A stretch of 64,000 bases of DNA. Origin: Candidatus Latescibacterota bacterium. Lineage in GTDB: Bacteria; Latescibacterota; UBA2968; UBA8231. The DNA is taken from the NCBI GenBank assembly GCA_963422735.1, contig OY730476.1:3328001-3392000 (forward strand), in the 5' to 3' direction. The notes beneath the pieces were generated by a model. It worked only from the letters and a program-made list of their open reading frames with translations, was not told where the DNA came from and did no database searches. Below, piece by piece: positions 48,003-58,822 of the stretch. Each line of letters begins with the position of its first letter. Within the stretch, counting starts at the first letter, position 1. A program made the translations under genes and the position numbers.

Positions 48003-48039
48003 AAAGCATTTTCTAAGTTAGCCTCCAACGGGTACTGAG

Positions 48040-50232
48040 TCAATGTCCGTTGTGCCCAGCGGCAAAGCGAAATTTTGGCAGGGCTACTTCAGTTGCCGAC
48101 TGGTGGCCCTCGCGCAGGCGGTACGCTCGGTCGAGCTTCAGTCCCTGCCAGCGCTGAGTCTGATGGGTTGCCGGCCAGGTGATTTCCACAAACTCCAATG
48201 CCACAGCGACCCCCAGCCCGAGTTGCGGCGCGAGTGGATTAGCCCCAAAGCTGCCGCCTGAGCCGATGAGGTGGTGGATGTCGCGGGTGCTTCCGTCCGG
48301 TCCCCGTACGCGTACGCGTACGCGGCCGCCAATAGCACCTCGATTCGACTGCAAGCCTTGGGGAAACAATCGCAGCCAGCGATTGCCGTGCCCGGGATTT
48401 TCGTAGAGTACGTTCTGGTAGAGGTCGCCTTCAAAGGCACCGCCCATGACCTCGAAGATGTCTTGGTCTCCATCGTTGTCGAGGTCGGCAAAGGACACGC
48501 CGTGTCCTTTCTGCACGTTGCCGAAGCCGCCGGCCGTGGTGACGTCCCAAAACCGCGCACCACCGTCGTTGCGCAGCATGCGGTTGGGCGTGAGCGAGCG
48601 CAGATCGGGAATCCCGGTACCTACGTAGCAGTCGGGGAACCCATCGTTGTCCAAGTCGCCGTAGTTAGCGCCCATGGCTAGGATGACTTGCCTAAAGCCC
48701 CCCAGCGATTCGGTGACTTCGGTGAAGGTGCCATCTCCGTCGTTGTGGTACACGTGTGCGTGGTCGGCGGCAAATTCTTCGCCGAGGTACGTGCGCGCCA
48801 TGTCGCCGAGGTCGTCCATGTTGTAGCCGCCGGCAAACAAATCGAGCCAGCCGTCGTTGTCGTAGTCCCAAAACCAAGTGGGAAAGCTCTCGGTCGGCCC
48901 TGGCGCGACGACTCTCGCCGCAAAGCGCCAGCCCTCTGGTGTGTCGCCGAGGTTGCGGTAGAGGACGTTTTCTCGATAGAACTGGGATACGTATAGGTCG
49001 ATCAAACCATCGTTGTCTATATCGCCCCAAGCAACCCCTTTCACAAAGCCCACGTGATCGACGCCGACTGTGGGGGCCACATCGACAAAACGGCCGTCCC
49101 CTTGGTTGCGAAACAACTGGCATGGGTGGGGCCTCCTGCCGGATTCGTTGCCGACGAACAGGTCCAACCAGCCGTCGTTGTCGTAGTCGGCAAAGGCCGC
49201 TGAGTGGGTTGGGTGCAAGGTGAACAAGCCGGCGCGTCGTGTCACGTCTGCAAATGTGCCGTCGCCGTTGTTGCGCAACAGGGAGTTGGGCATGCGGCCC
49301 TCTTCCCCCATCCAAGCACCGCGCAAAACGAGCAGATCGACATCGCCGTCGTTGTCGTAGTCGGCCTGCTCGAGGTTGATTCCCCCGATTTGCCCGGCTA
49401 GTCCGGCCGCTGTCGTGGCCTCGATAAAAGTGCCGTCGCCCTCGTTGTGAAAATAGCGCAGGGGATCGCGCAGTCCCCACGAGGAGACTGCAATATCTAG
49501 CAGACCATCGCCGTCGAAATCCTCGACCGCGCTGCCGCCCGCTAGGCCCATGGCTGCGACTCCAGCCGTCGGTGCTACGTCGTGGAAGCGTTGGATGCCG
49601 CCGTCGCCGTCGAATACGCGCGGGGGAATGCGATAGAGGTCTGGCACCCCTTCCGGGTATTCGCCCAAGGTCATGTACGCCAAGTTCAACAGCCAGCGCG
49701 TTCCCAGATCGCTTGGGCGCTTGTTCAGGTTTATGGTATAGTGCTCGATGGCGCGGCGGGAGCCTTCCTGCAAGCGGTGGATGCCGTCGCCGCGGATCGG
49801 CAGCAAGCAGGAATTCGCGGTGTGGTTGCGCAGACAATTCTCCTGCTCTCCGAGGCGCAGATAGGCGATGGCGAGCTGGTCGTGCAGCATATAGACGAAG
49901 CCCTCGGTCGCCGGTACCTGCCCCGCCTCTACGGCCGCTAGAATGCTTTGCATCTCTTCAATGCCCGTGCGCAAATCCCCGGCTCGCACCCGCTCTTGGG
50001 CAATCCGCAGGCGCATGTTCAGCCGCTTGCCCACGCTCATCGGTTGCCCTAGCAGGGAGCTAAAGCCCTCGACGCGGGCTTGGTTCAGGTAGATGTTGGC
50101 AATGGGATCGGCCCGCTGGGCGAGGCGCGCCAGCACCGTCGCCATAAAACGCGAATCCCCGCGATCGACGCTGGCGTCCACCTGCCCCAAGACGGCTGTG
50201 GCCCATAGCAGGACGGCTATAATGCTCTGCAT
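48040..50232 (-). CDS. CRTAC1 family protein (FG-GAP repeats plus ASPIC/UnbV)
   Basis: Repeated DYDNDGxxDL motifs, NRGAIGGRVRV, C-terminal EITWP. Confidence 0.9.
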   Translation of the reverse strand: MQSIIAVLLWATAVLGQVDASVDRGDSRFMATVLARLAQRADPIANIYLNQARVEGFSSLLGQPMSVGKRLNMRLRIAQERVRAGDLRTGIEEMQSILAAVEAGQVPATEGFVYMLHDQLAIAYLRLGEQENCLRNHTANSCLLPIRGDGIHRLQEGSRRAIEHYTINLNKRPSDLGTRWLLNLAYMTLGEYPEGVPDLYRIPPRVFDGDGGIQRFHDVAPTAGVAAMGLAGGSAVEDFDGDGLLDIAVSSWGLRDPLRYFHNEGDGTFIEATTAAGLAGQIGGINLEQADYDNDGDVDLLVLRGAWMGEEGRMPNSLLRNNGDGTFADVTRRAGLFTLHPTHSAAFADYDNDGWLDLFVGNESGRRPHPCQLFRNQGDGRFVDVAPTVGVDHVGFVKGVAWGDIDNDGLIDLYVSQFYRENVLYRNLGDTPEGWRFAARVVAPGPTESFPTWFWDYDNDGWLDLFAGGYNMDDLGDMARTYLGEEFAADHAHVYHNDGDGTFTEVTESLGGFRQVILAMGANYGDLDNDGFPDCYVGTGIPDLRSLTPNRMLRNDGGARFWDVTTAGGFGNVQKGHGVSFADLDNDGDQDIFEVMGGAFEGDLYQNVLYENPGHGNRWLRLFPQGLQSNRGAIGGRVRVRVRGPDGSTRDIHHLIGSGGSFGANPLAPQLGLGVAVALEFVEITWPATHQTQRWQGLKLDRAYRLREGHQSATEVALPKFRFAAGHNGH

Positions 50233-50300
50233 AAGTAATAAAAAACGGCTACAAAAATTGGCTGCCCCAATCCTCGTAACCGCTCATGTCGCAAAAGTAA

Positions 50301-50377
<77 letters not shown>

Positions 50378-50417
50378 ATTAAGGTTAGCTAAAAACCTAG
50401 GATTTTTCCTAAGTAGG

Positions 50418-52211
50418 TCAAGAGCTTTGTTGGGCCGCGACCGCTTGGCGCTCTTGATTGAGCGCGACGAGCTCGGTGCTAATGCGTGCAATTTCGCCGT
50501 CGTCGGATGCCGCTGCGAGGGCTTGACGTGCGTTGGCAATGCGCTTTTGCAGTGCATTTTTCTGAAAGTAAAGCAAATAGTCGCGCCATTGCCGCTCGAC
50601 TTGTTCCTCGTCGAAACCTTGGGCCGCGCATTGGGCGGCTAGGCGTGTAAGTGCGTCGTCCTCTAGCTCACTGAGGATCATTCCAAGGTCGATGGCTTTG
50701 CTGTGAGCATGGCGGTCGAAGAGCGTGCGACACAGGGCCTGAGCGCGGGCGTCGCTTAGCGAGTCGGGGACGAATTCCCGGACAGTTCCGGGTATAAACT
50801 GCGGGAATTTGATCAACAAGCCGATGAATTCGAGTTCGTGACGCGGCGGGTCGGGCACGGCCGTTGGAGACGGACCGGCACCCGCCTTGCGCGATGGGTG
50901 AGGGCGGCGCATGGATGCTTGAACGCCGTCGCGCAGGGCCTGTTCGTCAACCGCGAGGCGCTGGGCGACTTCTCTCAGCAGCAGGTCGCGGCGGACCGCA
51001 TCTTGGGGTTTGTTCAGCTTGGCTATGAGCGGTTTGAATGTTTCGACAGCGCGGTCTTTGCCCTCGACACTGGATAGATCGTGCCTCTGGGCGAGTTGTC
51101 CGAGGTAGAAATCGAGGACCGACTGGGCGTTTTCGGCCCGCTCTATCAGCGCGTCTGGGCCGTGCGCTTGGACGAAGGTATCGGGGTCGTGCTCGGAGGG
51201 CAGCGAGACGACGCGGGCGTCTAGACCAGTACCTAAGAGTACTTCGAGAGCTCGCATAGCAGCCGTGGAGCCAGCCGCGTCGCCGTCGAAAAGCAGCACG
51301 ACTTTGTGGGCATAGCGAGCCAGCATGCGGCAGTGACCTTCGGTCAGGGCCGTACCAGAGGTGGCTGCCACGTGCTGGATGCCGGCCTGCGCTAGGCTGA
51401 TGAGGTCCATGTAGCCTTCGACGATTAGTACTGCATCTTGGCGGCGAATGGCGTCGCGGGTGTTGGACAGGCCGTAGAGCACTCGACTCTTGTGATAGAT
51501 GGACGTTTCGGGCGAGTTGAGGTACTTGGGCTCTTGGTCGGGCTGGAGCGCACGCGCACCAAAGGCTATGGTCCGATTGGAGAGATTGGCAATGGGAAAG
51601 GCGATCCGGTCGCGGAAGCGGTCGTAGTGGTCGCTGCCTGTGGAGCGCGGCAGAGCCAACCCCGCCCGCTCCAATATCTGGGGATTCAAGCCTCGGCGAC
51701 CGGCTACTTTGAGCAAGGCGTCCCACTCCGGCGGCGCGTAGCCCAAGCCGAAACGCTCGATGGTTTCGCCTGTAAGGCCGCGAGTCTGTAGATACGTGCG
51801 GGCACTAGCGCCGACATCGTCGTTAAGCAGCAGATGGTGAAAGTACTTTCGTGCTAGGTCGTTAGCCCGGTAGAGCTCGTCGGCGGTCGCGTCCTCCTCG
51901 CGCGATGGCCTCGAACGTTCGGGCAGGGCGACGCCGGTGCGCTCGGCGAGGAATTTGATCGCTTCGATAAAAGTGACTCGATCGATCTCTTGGATGAACT
52001 TGAAAACATCGCCGCCGACGCCACAGCCGAAGCAATGGTAGAATTGGCGGTCGGGATCGACGCTGAAAGAGGGGGATTTTTCGTCGTGAAAAGGGCAGAG
52101 GCCGGAGTAGTTGCGGCCCTTCTTGACGATCTGGACGTGTTCGGAGACCAAGTCGACGATGTCGGTGGCGTCGCGGATACGTTGGAGGATGTCTTCGGGG
52201 ACGAGTGGCAT
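50418..52211 (-). CDS. dnaG: DNA primase
   Basis: CPFHDEKSPSF, HCFGC, PKYLNSPET, VEGYMD, FDGDAAG, DPD. Confidence 0.97.
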   Translation of the reverse strand: MPLVPEDILQRIRDATDIVDLVSEHVQIVKKGRNYSGLCPFHDEKSPSFSVDPDRQFYHCFGCGVGGDVFKFIQEIDRVTFIEAIKFLAERTGVALPERSRPSREEDATADELYRANDLARKYFHHLLLNDDVGASARTYLQTRGLTGETIERFGLGYAPPEWDALLKVAGRRGLNPQILERAGLALPRSTGSDHYDRFRDRIAFPIANLSNRTIAFGARALQPDQEPKYLNSPETSIYHKSRVLYGLSNTRDAIRRQDAVLIVEGYMDLISLAQAGIQHVAATSGTALTEGHCRMLARYAHKVVLLFDGDAAGSTAAMRALEVLLGTGLDARVVSLPSEHDPDTFVQAHGPDALIERAENAQSVLDFYLGQLAQRHDLSSVEGKDRAVETFKPLIAKLNKPQDAVRRDLLLREVAQRLAVDEQALRDGVQASMRRPHPSRKAGAGPSPTAVPDPPRHELEFIGLLIKFPQFIPGTVREFVPDSLSDARAQALCRTLFDRHAHSKAIDLGMILSELEDDALTRLAAQCAAQGFDEEQVERQWRDYLLYFQKNALQKRIANARQALAAASDDGEIARISTELVALNQERQAVAAQQSS

Positions 52212-52437
52212 TGCTAGCAGTGGGCTTCTTATTTATATTAATAGTGCCATTGAGCAAAATATGGCGGCCCATTAACCGGGTCAAGAAAGTCAACTAGCGG
52301 TGTTAATTATTTGCGTTAATTCCTTGAGTTTACAGCAAACTGTTGGTATTATTGATAAGTTAGACGCTTATTCATGGCCTATGCTGGGGCCAAATTCAGA
52401 ATTTGACCCATTGAGCATTAAGAGGAGGATATTAGAT

Positions 52438-53103
52438 ATGTCGAAAGGCATAAAGGGAGCTATGGCGAGTTTGGCCTTGTTGGGACTCAGCGTTTTTCTG
52501 TGCGCGAGTCCGGCTGCAGCGCAGTTGGCGGTCTCTGGAGCTGTGGTGGATACAGACGATCTTGCACCCAGCCCTGTCGGCGGAGTACAGGCTGAGTTCA
52601 ACGAAGGTGGAAGGAGCATCACCGTCTCTTGGCCCCTGTCTGGCGACGATGTCGAGCGCCAGACCCCGACGAGTAGCGACTTTACGACGGGCGGCACCTT
52701 TGCCAACGTCAACGATGTCGCTGGTTACAATATATGGCGCCGTCCCGCCGATGACCCTGAAGGCAGCTTGGCAATAGTCGGCACTGCCGGTGCCGGCGCG
52801 ACGTCTTTAGTTGATGCCTCGATCAACGTGAGCGCGGGGAGCAGGCGGTATTTCTATATGGTCTCGGTCGTCGATGCTAGCGGCAACGAGAGCGCTCCCA
52901 TCGAGTCTGCCGAAGTCAAGAACATGTTGCTCCTCGGCGATTTTGACTACGATGGTGATGTGGACCTTTTAGACTACGGAATTTTTCAAGTCAACTTTGG
53001 CCGAGCTGAATTCGATCCAGCCACAGATATCGACGGCAACGGCGAGGTCAATCTTGAGGACTTTTTCCTTTGGGCCGACAACCTCGGTGCCAATTTGTAC
53101 TAG
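52438..53103 (+). CDS. Secreted protein with FN3-like domain and C-terminal dockerin/EF-hand pair
   Basis: AGGAGG RBS, signal peptide, DVAGYNIWR, VVDASGNES, GDFDYDGDVDLLDY..DIDGNGEVNLEDF. Confidence 0.78.
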   Translation: MSKGIKGAMASLALLGLSVFLCASPAAAQLAVSGAVVDTDDLAPSPVGGVQAEFNEGGRSITVSWPLSGDDVERQTPTSSDFTTGGTFANVNDVAGYNIWRRPADDPEGSLAIVGTAGAGATSLVDASINVSAGSRRYFYMVSVVDASGNESAPIESAEVKNMLLLGDFDYDGDVDLLDYGIFQVNFGRAEFDPATDIDGNGEVNLEDFFLWADNLGANLY

Positions 53104-53172
53104 GTGCCGGCCCCAGTATTTTTATCTCAACCTAGCTATGGTATTCCATCTTTTCACAAGGAGTACAGTTCG

Positions 53173-53862
53173 ATGAAAGAGTACATCCGCATCATCGCGC
53201 TAGCCGCTTTTTGCGCTGCTCCCGCGGCCGCTCAGTTGACTACCGCCGGGCCCGTGGCTTCCGTCGATAATATTCCTCCTGCACCTGCGACCAACCTGCA
53301 ATCGCTCGTCCCAGCCGGCGATGATCCATCCGTGTCGCTCTCTTGGACTCTATCAACAGATGACGCTCGTTCGTTTTCGACCTTTGGTGATCAGGTGGTG
53401 CCCACGGGCGACGTACACGGCTATCGCGTGTACCGTACGGATCTCTTTCTGCCCGTGGACGATGGCGGCGAGCTAGTGCTCGGTTGGTTTACGCGCGAAG
53501 GGGACAGAGTTGACTTCGACGATTTCTTCTTTTTAGCCGATCGCTTCGGTACTTCTGACGCCGATTCGGATTTTGAGTTGTTCTTCGACATAGTGCCCAA
53601 TGGCCAAATTGATGTCGATGATTTTCTTCGTTTTGCCGATGATTTCGGCAAGGCCGTAACTCAGGAACAGGGCAGTGAAAAGTTGATCGCCACGCTGGGG
53701 CCGGGCATCTCCGAATTTGTCGACGATGACGTCGTTGGTGGGGCCTCCTATATCTATGACGTAAGAGCCTTTGACGGAGACAACGAAACTGGCGTTGTCG
53801 CACCTTTTGCTTCCAATGAAGATATAGCCCGGACGGCCATCGCCGTCGGTGTCGATCAATAA
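53173..53862 (+). CDS. Secreted paralog: FN3-like domain with inserted dockerin/EF-hand pair
   Basis: AAGGAG RBS, signal peptide, DVHGYRVYR, VDFDDFFFLADRFG..NGQIDVDDFLRFADDFG, YDVRAFDG. Confidence 0.78.
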   Translation: MKEYIRIIALAAFCAAPAAAQLTTAGPVASVDNIPPAPATNLQSLVPAGDDPSVSLSWTLSTDDARSFSTFGDQVVPTGDVHGYRVYRTDLFLPVDDGGELVLGWFTREGDRVDFDDFFFLADRFGTSDADSDFELFFDIVPNGQIDVDDFLRFADDFGKAVTQEQGSEKLIATLGPGISEFVDDDVVGGASYIYDVRAFDGDNETGVVAPFASNEDIARTAIAVGVDQ

Positions 53863-53880
53863 GGGCACGAGAAGTTGCAG

Positions 53881-53922
53881 AAGATAGGACGCCCATTCGA
53901 CGAGCGAGCGTCCTATCTTTTT
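53881..53922 (+). terminator. Intrinsic terminator
   Basis: AAGATAGGACGC..GCGTCCTATCTTTTT. Confidence 0.85.
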
Positions 53923-53935
53923 GTAGTAGCACGTC

Positions 53936-53964
53936 TTGACAAACAAAGATGCTCTCTGTATTCT
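53936..53964 (+). promoter_or_regulatory. Sigma70 promoter for rho
   Basis: TTGACA-N17-TATTCT. Confidence 0.65.
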
Positions 53965-54246
53965 TTAATCTCTTTCGCCCCTTTCCTTTTCCAAGCAAAT
54001 ACCTCAGCGGTTTATTCCGCTTGAAATTCCACTCTCCCTTTAGATATTCTTCGCGATAGACCTCCTGTAGCGATTAAAGAATTTTGCCAAGGTACGGTAT
54101 ACCCTAGGTTTTAGTGTCTTAGCGGTACTACCGCTTTTAACAATCCAATCCTCGCAATAGCCCTAGGTGCTTCTAGTGCCGTATTGCACCTGAATATCCG
54201 CTTTGAGTTCCTGCACTTTAACCGCAAGAAAGGTCGCAAGGAAGAT

Positions 54247-55521
54247 ATGCCGCCTGTCAATAGAACGCAGAAGATGAATATCGTCGAGCTCCAGCGCATG
54301 AACATCTTGGATCTCCAAGAGCTGGCCAAGAAGTTGGAAGTTGTAGATTGCACCTCTTTGCGCAAGCAGGAGCTGATCTTCTCCATCCTCAAGCACCAGA
54401 CCGAGCGCAGTGGGCTGATTTTTGCCCAAGGCACTTTGGAGGTGCTGGAAGAGGGGTTCGGCTTTCTCCGCTCGCCGAGCTATAACTACTTGCCTGGCCC
54501 CGACGACATTTACGTTTCCCACTCGCAGATTAAGCGATTTAGCTTGCGTACGGGGGACACGATCTCCGGTCAAATCCGCCCGCCGAAAAACGACGAGAAG
54601 TACTTTGCGCTGCTGCGAGTCGAGGCAATCAACTTCGACGATCCAGAAGTCACCAAGAGCAAGACAATCTTCGAGAACCTGACGGCCTTGCATCCCACGG
54701 ATCGTTTCAAGTTAGAGCACAATCCCAAGGATATGACGACGCGGATTCTTGACTTGCTCTCGCCTATCGGCAAGGGGCAGCGCGGCCTAATCGTAGCGCC
54801 GCCCTTCACTGGCAAAACCATGCTCCTGCAAAAGGTCGCCAACGCCATTACTACCAACCATCCCGAAGCGATTCTCATTGTCTTGCTCATCGACGAGCGC
54901 CCCGAGGAAGTCACTGATATGCTGCGTTCGGTCCAGGGCGAAGTCGTCAGTTCGACCTTTGACGAGTCGGCTACGCGGCACGTGCAGGTGGCGGATATGG
55001 TGATCGAGAAGGCTCGGCGTCTAGTTGAGCACAAACGAGATGTAGTCGTCTTGCTCGACAGCATCACGCGCTTGGCGCGAGCTTACAATACGGTGACGCC
55101 GCACTCGGGTCGGATCCTCTCCGGCGGCGTTGACTCGACGGCTTTGCAGTGGCCGCGCCGCTTTTTCGCCGCCGCTCGCAATCTCGAAGAGGGCGGCAGC
55201 CTGACGATTATCGCCACGGCCTTGGTCGAGACCGGGAGTCGCATGGACGAAGTGATCTTTGAAGAGTTCAAAGGCACGGGCAATATGCAGGTGCAGCTAG
55301 ACCGCCGGCTGAGCAACCGCCGCGTCTATCCGGCCGTTGACGTGACGGCGACGAGCACCCGAAAAGAAGAGCTACTACTCACGGAGTTTGAATTGAACCG
55401 CTCGTGGGTACTGCGCCGCATACTCAATCAGATGGGAGTCATTGAGGGCATGGAGTTCCTCCAAGAGCGCATGCAGGGCACGGAATCCAACGAGGAATTC
55501 CTCAAGGCCATGAACGACTAG
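54247..55521 (+). CDS. rho: Transcription termination factor Rho
   Basis: [47 protein letters not shown]. Confidence 0.98.
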   Translation: MPPVNRTQKMNIVELQRMNILDLQELAKKLEVVDCTSLRKQELIFSILKHQTERSGLIFAQGTLEVLEEGFGFLRSPSYNYLPGPDDIYVSHSQIKRFSLRTGDTISGQIRPPKNDEKYFALLRVEAINFDDPEVTKSKTIFENLTALHPTDRFKLEHNPKDMTTRILDLLSPIGKGQRGLIVAPPFTGKTMLLQKVANAITTNHPEAILIVLLIDERPEEVTDMLRSVQGEVVSSTFDESATRHVQVADMVIEKARRLVEHKRDVVVLLDSITRLARAYNTVTPHSGRILSGGVDSTALQWPRRFFAAARNLEEGGSLTIIATALVETGSRMDEVIFEEFKGTGNMQVQLDRRLSNRRVYPAVDVTATSTRKEELLLTEFELNRSWVLRRILNQMGVIEGMEFLQERMQGTESNEEFLKAMND

Positions 55522-55606
55522 TCGCCTTGTTTTTTGAGCTTCAAGCCTCTATTTTTATTCACTCAGTCGCCGAGTTTCACCGCCAAGAAAACAGAGGAGT
55601 GCAAAG

Positions 55607-55864
55607 GTGCAAAAAGACATGCATCCCCCTTACCAAACGGTTATCTTTCTCGACACTAGCTGTGACTATAAGGTGCTGTCGCGTTCGACGATGAAGTCCG
55701 AAGAGACGATGGAGTGGGAAGATGGGAATTCCTATCCGGTGATTCGGGTCGAAATCAGCTCAGCCTCGCATCCTTTTTACACAGGCAAGCGCCAGCAGAT
55801 CATGGATCGAGGCGGGCGCATCGATCAGTTCAATCGCCGCTACGGCACAAGCGCACAAGCCTAG
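55607..55864 (+). CDS. rpmE2: 50S ribosomal protein L31 type B
   Basis: [13 protein letters not shown], no Zn-binding CxxC motifs. Confidence 0.93.
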   Translation: MQKDMHPPYQTVIFLDTSCDYKVLSRSTMKSEETMEWEDGNSYPVIRVEISSASHPFYTGKRQQIMDRGGRIDQFNRRYGTSAQA

Positions 55865-55941
55865 CGATTCACTCCGTGCGAAGAGGTGGTAGGGCGCCCT
55901 CCTGAGGGCGGTCGTATCGCCTTTTTCGTGTACGCGAATCC

Positions 55942-56889
55942 ATGGACAGAGAACAACTCACGCAAGATCTACCAGTCGGCGGCCAAGCCGTCATCGAAGG
56001 GGTGATGATGCGCGTGCCCGGCAAAATCGTCACCGCGGTGCGGGCGGCTGACCACCAGATCGTAGTGCGCGAAGAAGCGTACGATCCCCTATCGCAGCGC
56101 TATCGCCTATTGGGCCTGCCCGTATTGCGCGGTGCCCTCTCTTTCTTTGAAATGATGCTCATCGGGCTGAAGGCCCTCAATTTCTCAGCCGATGTCGCAA
56201 GGCAGGGAGAGGAGGAGATCGAGGAACGGGAGGAGAGTTGGCGGGAGCAGTTGGCCTTGTGGGCGACGATGATCTTTTCCATGGGACTGGGCGTGGGTCT
56301 ATTCTTTTTCTTGCCGCTGCTAGCTGCCCAGCTCTTCGGCTTGCAGGAGAACGCCCTCGAATTCAACCTAGTGGCCGGTGTCGTGCGGGCGACGCTTTTG
56401 CTTCTCTACCTTTGGGCGATAAGCCAGTGGCGCGAAATCCAGCGAGTTTTTCAATACCATGGTGCCGAGCACAAAAGCGTCTTCACCTTAGAGGCCGGTG
56501 CCGAGCTGACAGTGGCAACGGCGCGGGGCTTCAGCCGGCTGCACCCGCGCTGCGGAACCAGCTTCATGGTGATCGTAGTGATCTTTGCGATCCTGATCTT
56601 CGCCTACGTAGATTCGCTTTTTCCGATCGTTTTTGGGCATACGCAGAGCCTTTTTGAGCGCTTTGCCACCCATTTTGCGGTGCTGCCTTTTGTCGCGGGG
56701 ACGAGCTTTGAGTTGCTCAAGTTCTCGGGCAAGAAGCGCAATGCGCCGCTGGTCCGGCTGCTGAGTGCCCCGGGGCTGTGGTTGCAGCGCATTACGACCC
56801 GCGAGCCGGACGATGACCAGCTAGAGGTTGCCCTGTTCGCGCTGCGCCGTGCCTTAAATGAAGAAGTCGAGGCGAACCCATCGTGTTAG
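55942..56889 (+). CDS. DUF1385 membrane protein
   Basis: [37 protein letters not shown]. Confidence 0.9.
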   Translation: MDREQLTQDLPVGGQAVIEGVMMRVPGKIVTAVRAADHQIVVREEAYDPLSQRYRLLGLPVLRGALSFFEMMLIGLKALNFSADVARQGEEEIEEREESWREQLALWATMIFSMGLGVGLFFFLPLLAAQLFGLQENALEFNLVAGVVRATLLLLYLWAISQWREIQRVFQYHGAEHKSVFTLEAGAELTVATARGFSRLHPRCGTSFMVIVVIFAILIFAYVDSLFPIVFGHTQSLFERFATHFAVLPFVAGTSFELLKFSGKKRNAPLVRLLSAPGLWLQRITTREPDDDQLEVALFALRRALNEEVEANPSC

Positions 56890-57950
56890 ATAAATTGAAC
56901 GAATACGAGCAGCGCTACGAGGAGCTAGGTGCGCTCATGGCCGCTCCGGCCACCAGCCAAAACCCAATCCAGTACCAGAAGCTGGCGCGGGAGATGGGTG
57001 ACTTGCAGGAAGTGGTGGATTTAGCGGGTCAGTACCGCGCCGCACTCGCACAGATCGCAGAGGCCGAGGAGATCGTCGCCGATGGCAGCGATGCAGAGCT
57101 AGTCGAATTGGCCGCAGCCGAACGCGACCAATTGCGGGAAAAAGTGGCGCAGCTAGAAGAAACACTCAAAGTGCTGCTGATTCCCAAAGACCCCAACGAC
57201 GGCCGCAATGCCATCGTCGAGATCCGCGCCGGCACCGGCGGCGACGAAGCCGGGCTTTTCGCCAGCGATCTATACCGCATGTACCACCGCTTCGCCGAGC
57301 GCAAGGGCTTGAAAACCGAGGAACTTTCCTCCAGCCAGAATCCAGCCGGCGGCTTTAAAGAGGTAGTGTTCGTGGTCTCGGGCGCGGGCGCCTTCGGTCA
57401 GCTCAAGTTCGAGAGCGGGGTACACCGCGTACAGCGGGTTCCCAAAACCGAGGCTTCGGGCCGGATTCACACATCGGCGGCTTCGGTGGCGGTCTTGCCC
57501 GAAGCCAAGGAGGTGGAGGTGGAGATCGCTCCCGAGGATTTGAAGATCGAAGTGTACCGCTCTAGCGGGCCTGGCGGCCAGAGCGTCAACACCACGGATT
57601 CGGCCGTGAAAATCACCCATATCCCAACGAGCATTATCGTCTCCTGTCAAGACGAGAAGTCGCAGTTAAAAAACAAGAACAAGGCGTTGAAGGTCCTCCG
57701 CGCCCGGCTCTACGACAAATTGCAGTCCGAACAAAAGGCCGAGCGCGACGCCGCCCGCGCTGGTCAGATCGGCTCCGGTGACCGCAGCGCGAAAATTCGC
57801 ACCTACAACTTTCCACAGAGCCGGGTCACCGATCACCGCATTGGCTTGTCCCTCTATCGCCTAGAGGAAATCCTCGACGGCGATTTTGAAAAATTCGTAG
57901 AGCAATTGGTCCTCCTATCTCAACAGGACGCGCTAGCGGCGGACCTATGA
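56883..57950 (+). CDS. prfA: Peptide chain release factor 1
   Basis: [19 protein letters not shown] (PxT), GGQ. Confidence 0.97.
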   Translation: MLDKLNEYEQRYEELGALMAAPATSQNPIQYQKLAREMGDLQEVVDLAGQYRAALAQIAEAEEIVADGSDAELVELAAAERDQLREKVAQLEETLKVLLIPKDPNDGRNAIVEIRAGTGGDEAGLFASDLYRMYHRFAERKGLKTEELSSSQNPAGGFKEVVFVVSGAGAFGQLKFESGVHRVQRVPKTEASGRIHTSAASVAVLPEAKEVEVEIAPEDLKIEVYRSSGPGGQSVNTTDSAVKITHIPTSIIVSCQDEKSQLKNKNKALKVLRARLYDKLQSEQKAERDAARAGQIGSGDRSAKIRTYNFPQSRVTDHRIGLSLYRLEEILDGDFEKFVEQLVLLSQQDALAADL

Positions 57951-58819
57951 GCGGGTGCTCTTGGCGGCTGCTCGACATCCTCGAAAACACGAGCCATTTC
58001 TTCGCGTCAAAGGGGTTAGAAAACGCCCGACTCCAAGCAGAACTCTTGCTCGCCGCCGTACTCGGTATCAAACGCCTCGATCTCTACCTACAATTTGAAC
58101 GTCCTTTGCACCGCAGTGAAGTGGATCGCTACCGAGAATACGTGCGTCAGCGGTTGCGGCGCGTACCGGTGCAGTACATCACGGGCGTGGCTGCCTTTCG
58201 CCATCTAGATCTGGCCGTGACGCCCGCGGTGTTGATTCCGCGCCCTGAGACCGAGATACTCGTCGATGTGGCCTTGGAGCTTTTGCCCGAAGGCGGCCGG
58301 GTTCTCGACCTGTGTTGCGGTTCAGGCGCGGTCGCCCTGTCGCTGGCCCAAGAGATGGCAGCGGCCGAGGTAGTGGCAGCCGACGTATCGCCTGCTGCTT
58401 TAGAAGTAGCGAAGGCCAACGGCCAACGCTGCGGGCTAGCAGAGCGCGTCGAGTGGCACTGCGGCGATCTTTTCGCGCCCTTTTGCGGCACCGAGCCTTT
58501 TGACCTTGTCGCGGCCAACCCGCCGTATGTGCGCCGCAGCGACTTGGCGCAACTAGCACCGGAAGTACGCGACTACGAACCTCATCTCGCGCTAGATGGG
58601 GGCGAAGACGGATTGGCATACTATCGCCGCATCGCGCAGGAGGCCGCTGACTTTATTCGCCCCGGAGGCCATCTGCTGCTAGAGGTAGGAGACGGGCAAA
58701 GCGCAGCAGTGGAGGCCCTACTTACGCGGTCTGAACGCTTGACTGAGGTTCAGATAAGACCGGACTTAAATCAAATTCCCCGAGTCGTTGTCGTGTGCGC
58801 GGCTGCTCAAGCGAGTTGA
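57947..58819 (+). CDS. prmC: Release factor glutamine methyltransferase
   Basis: [27 protein letters not shown]. Confidence 0.95.
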   Translation: MSGCSWRLLDILENTSHFFASKGLENARLQAELLLAAVLGIKRLDLYLQFERPLHRSEVDRYREYVRQRLRRVPVQYITGVAAFRHLDLAVTPAVLIPRPETEILVDVALELLPEGGRVLDLCCGSGAVALSLAQEMAAAEVVAADVSPAALEVAKANGQRCGLAERVEWHCGDLFAPFCGTEPFDLVAANPPYVRRSDLAQLAPEVRDYEPHLALDGGEDGLAYYRRIAQEAADFIRPGGHLLLEVGDGQSAAVEALLTRSERLTEVQIRPDLNQIPRVVVVCAAAQAS

Positions 58820-58822
58820 GGC

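Noticed and set aside
48304-48325. (CGTACG)n palindromic microrepeat
   Set aside because: It simply encodes RVRVRVR in the ASPIC domain
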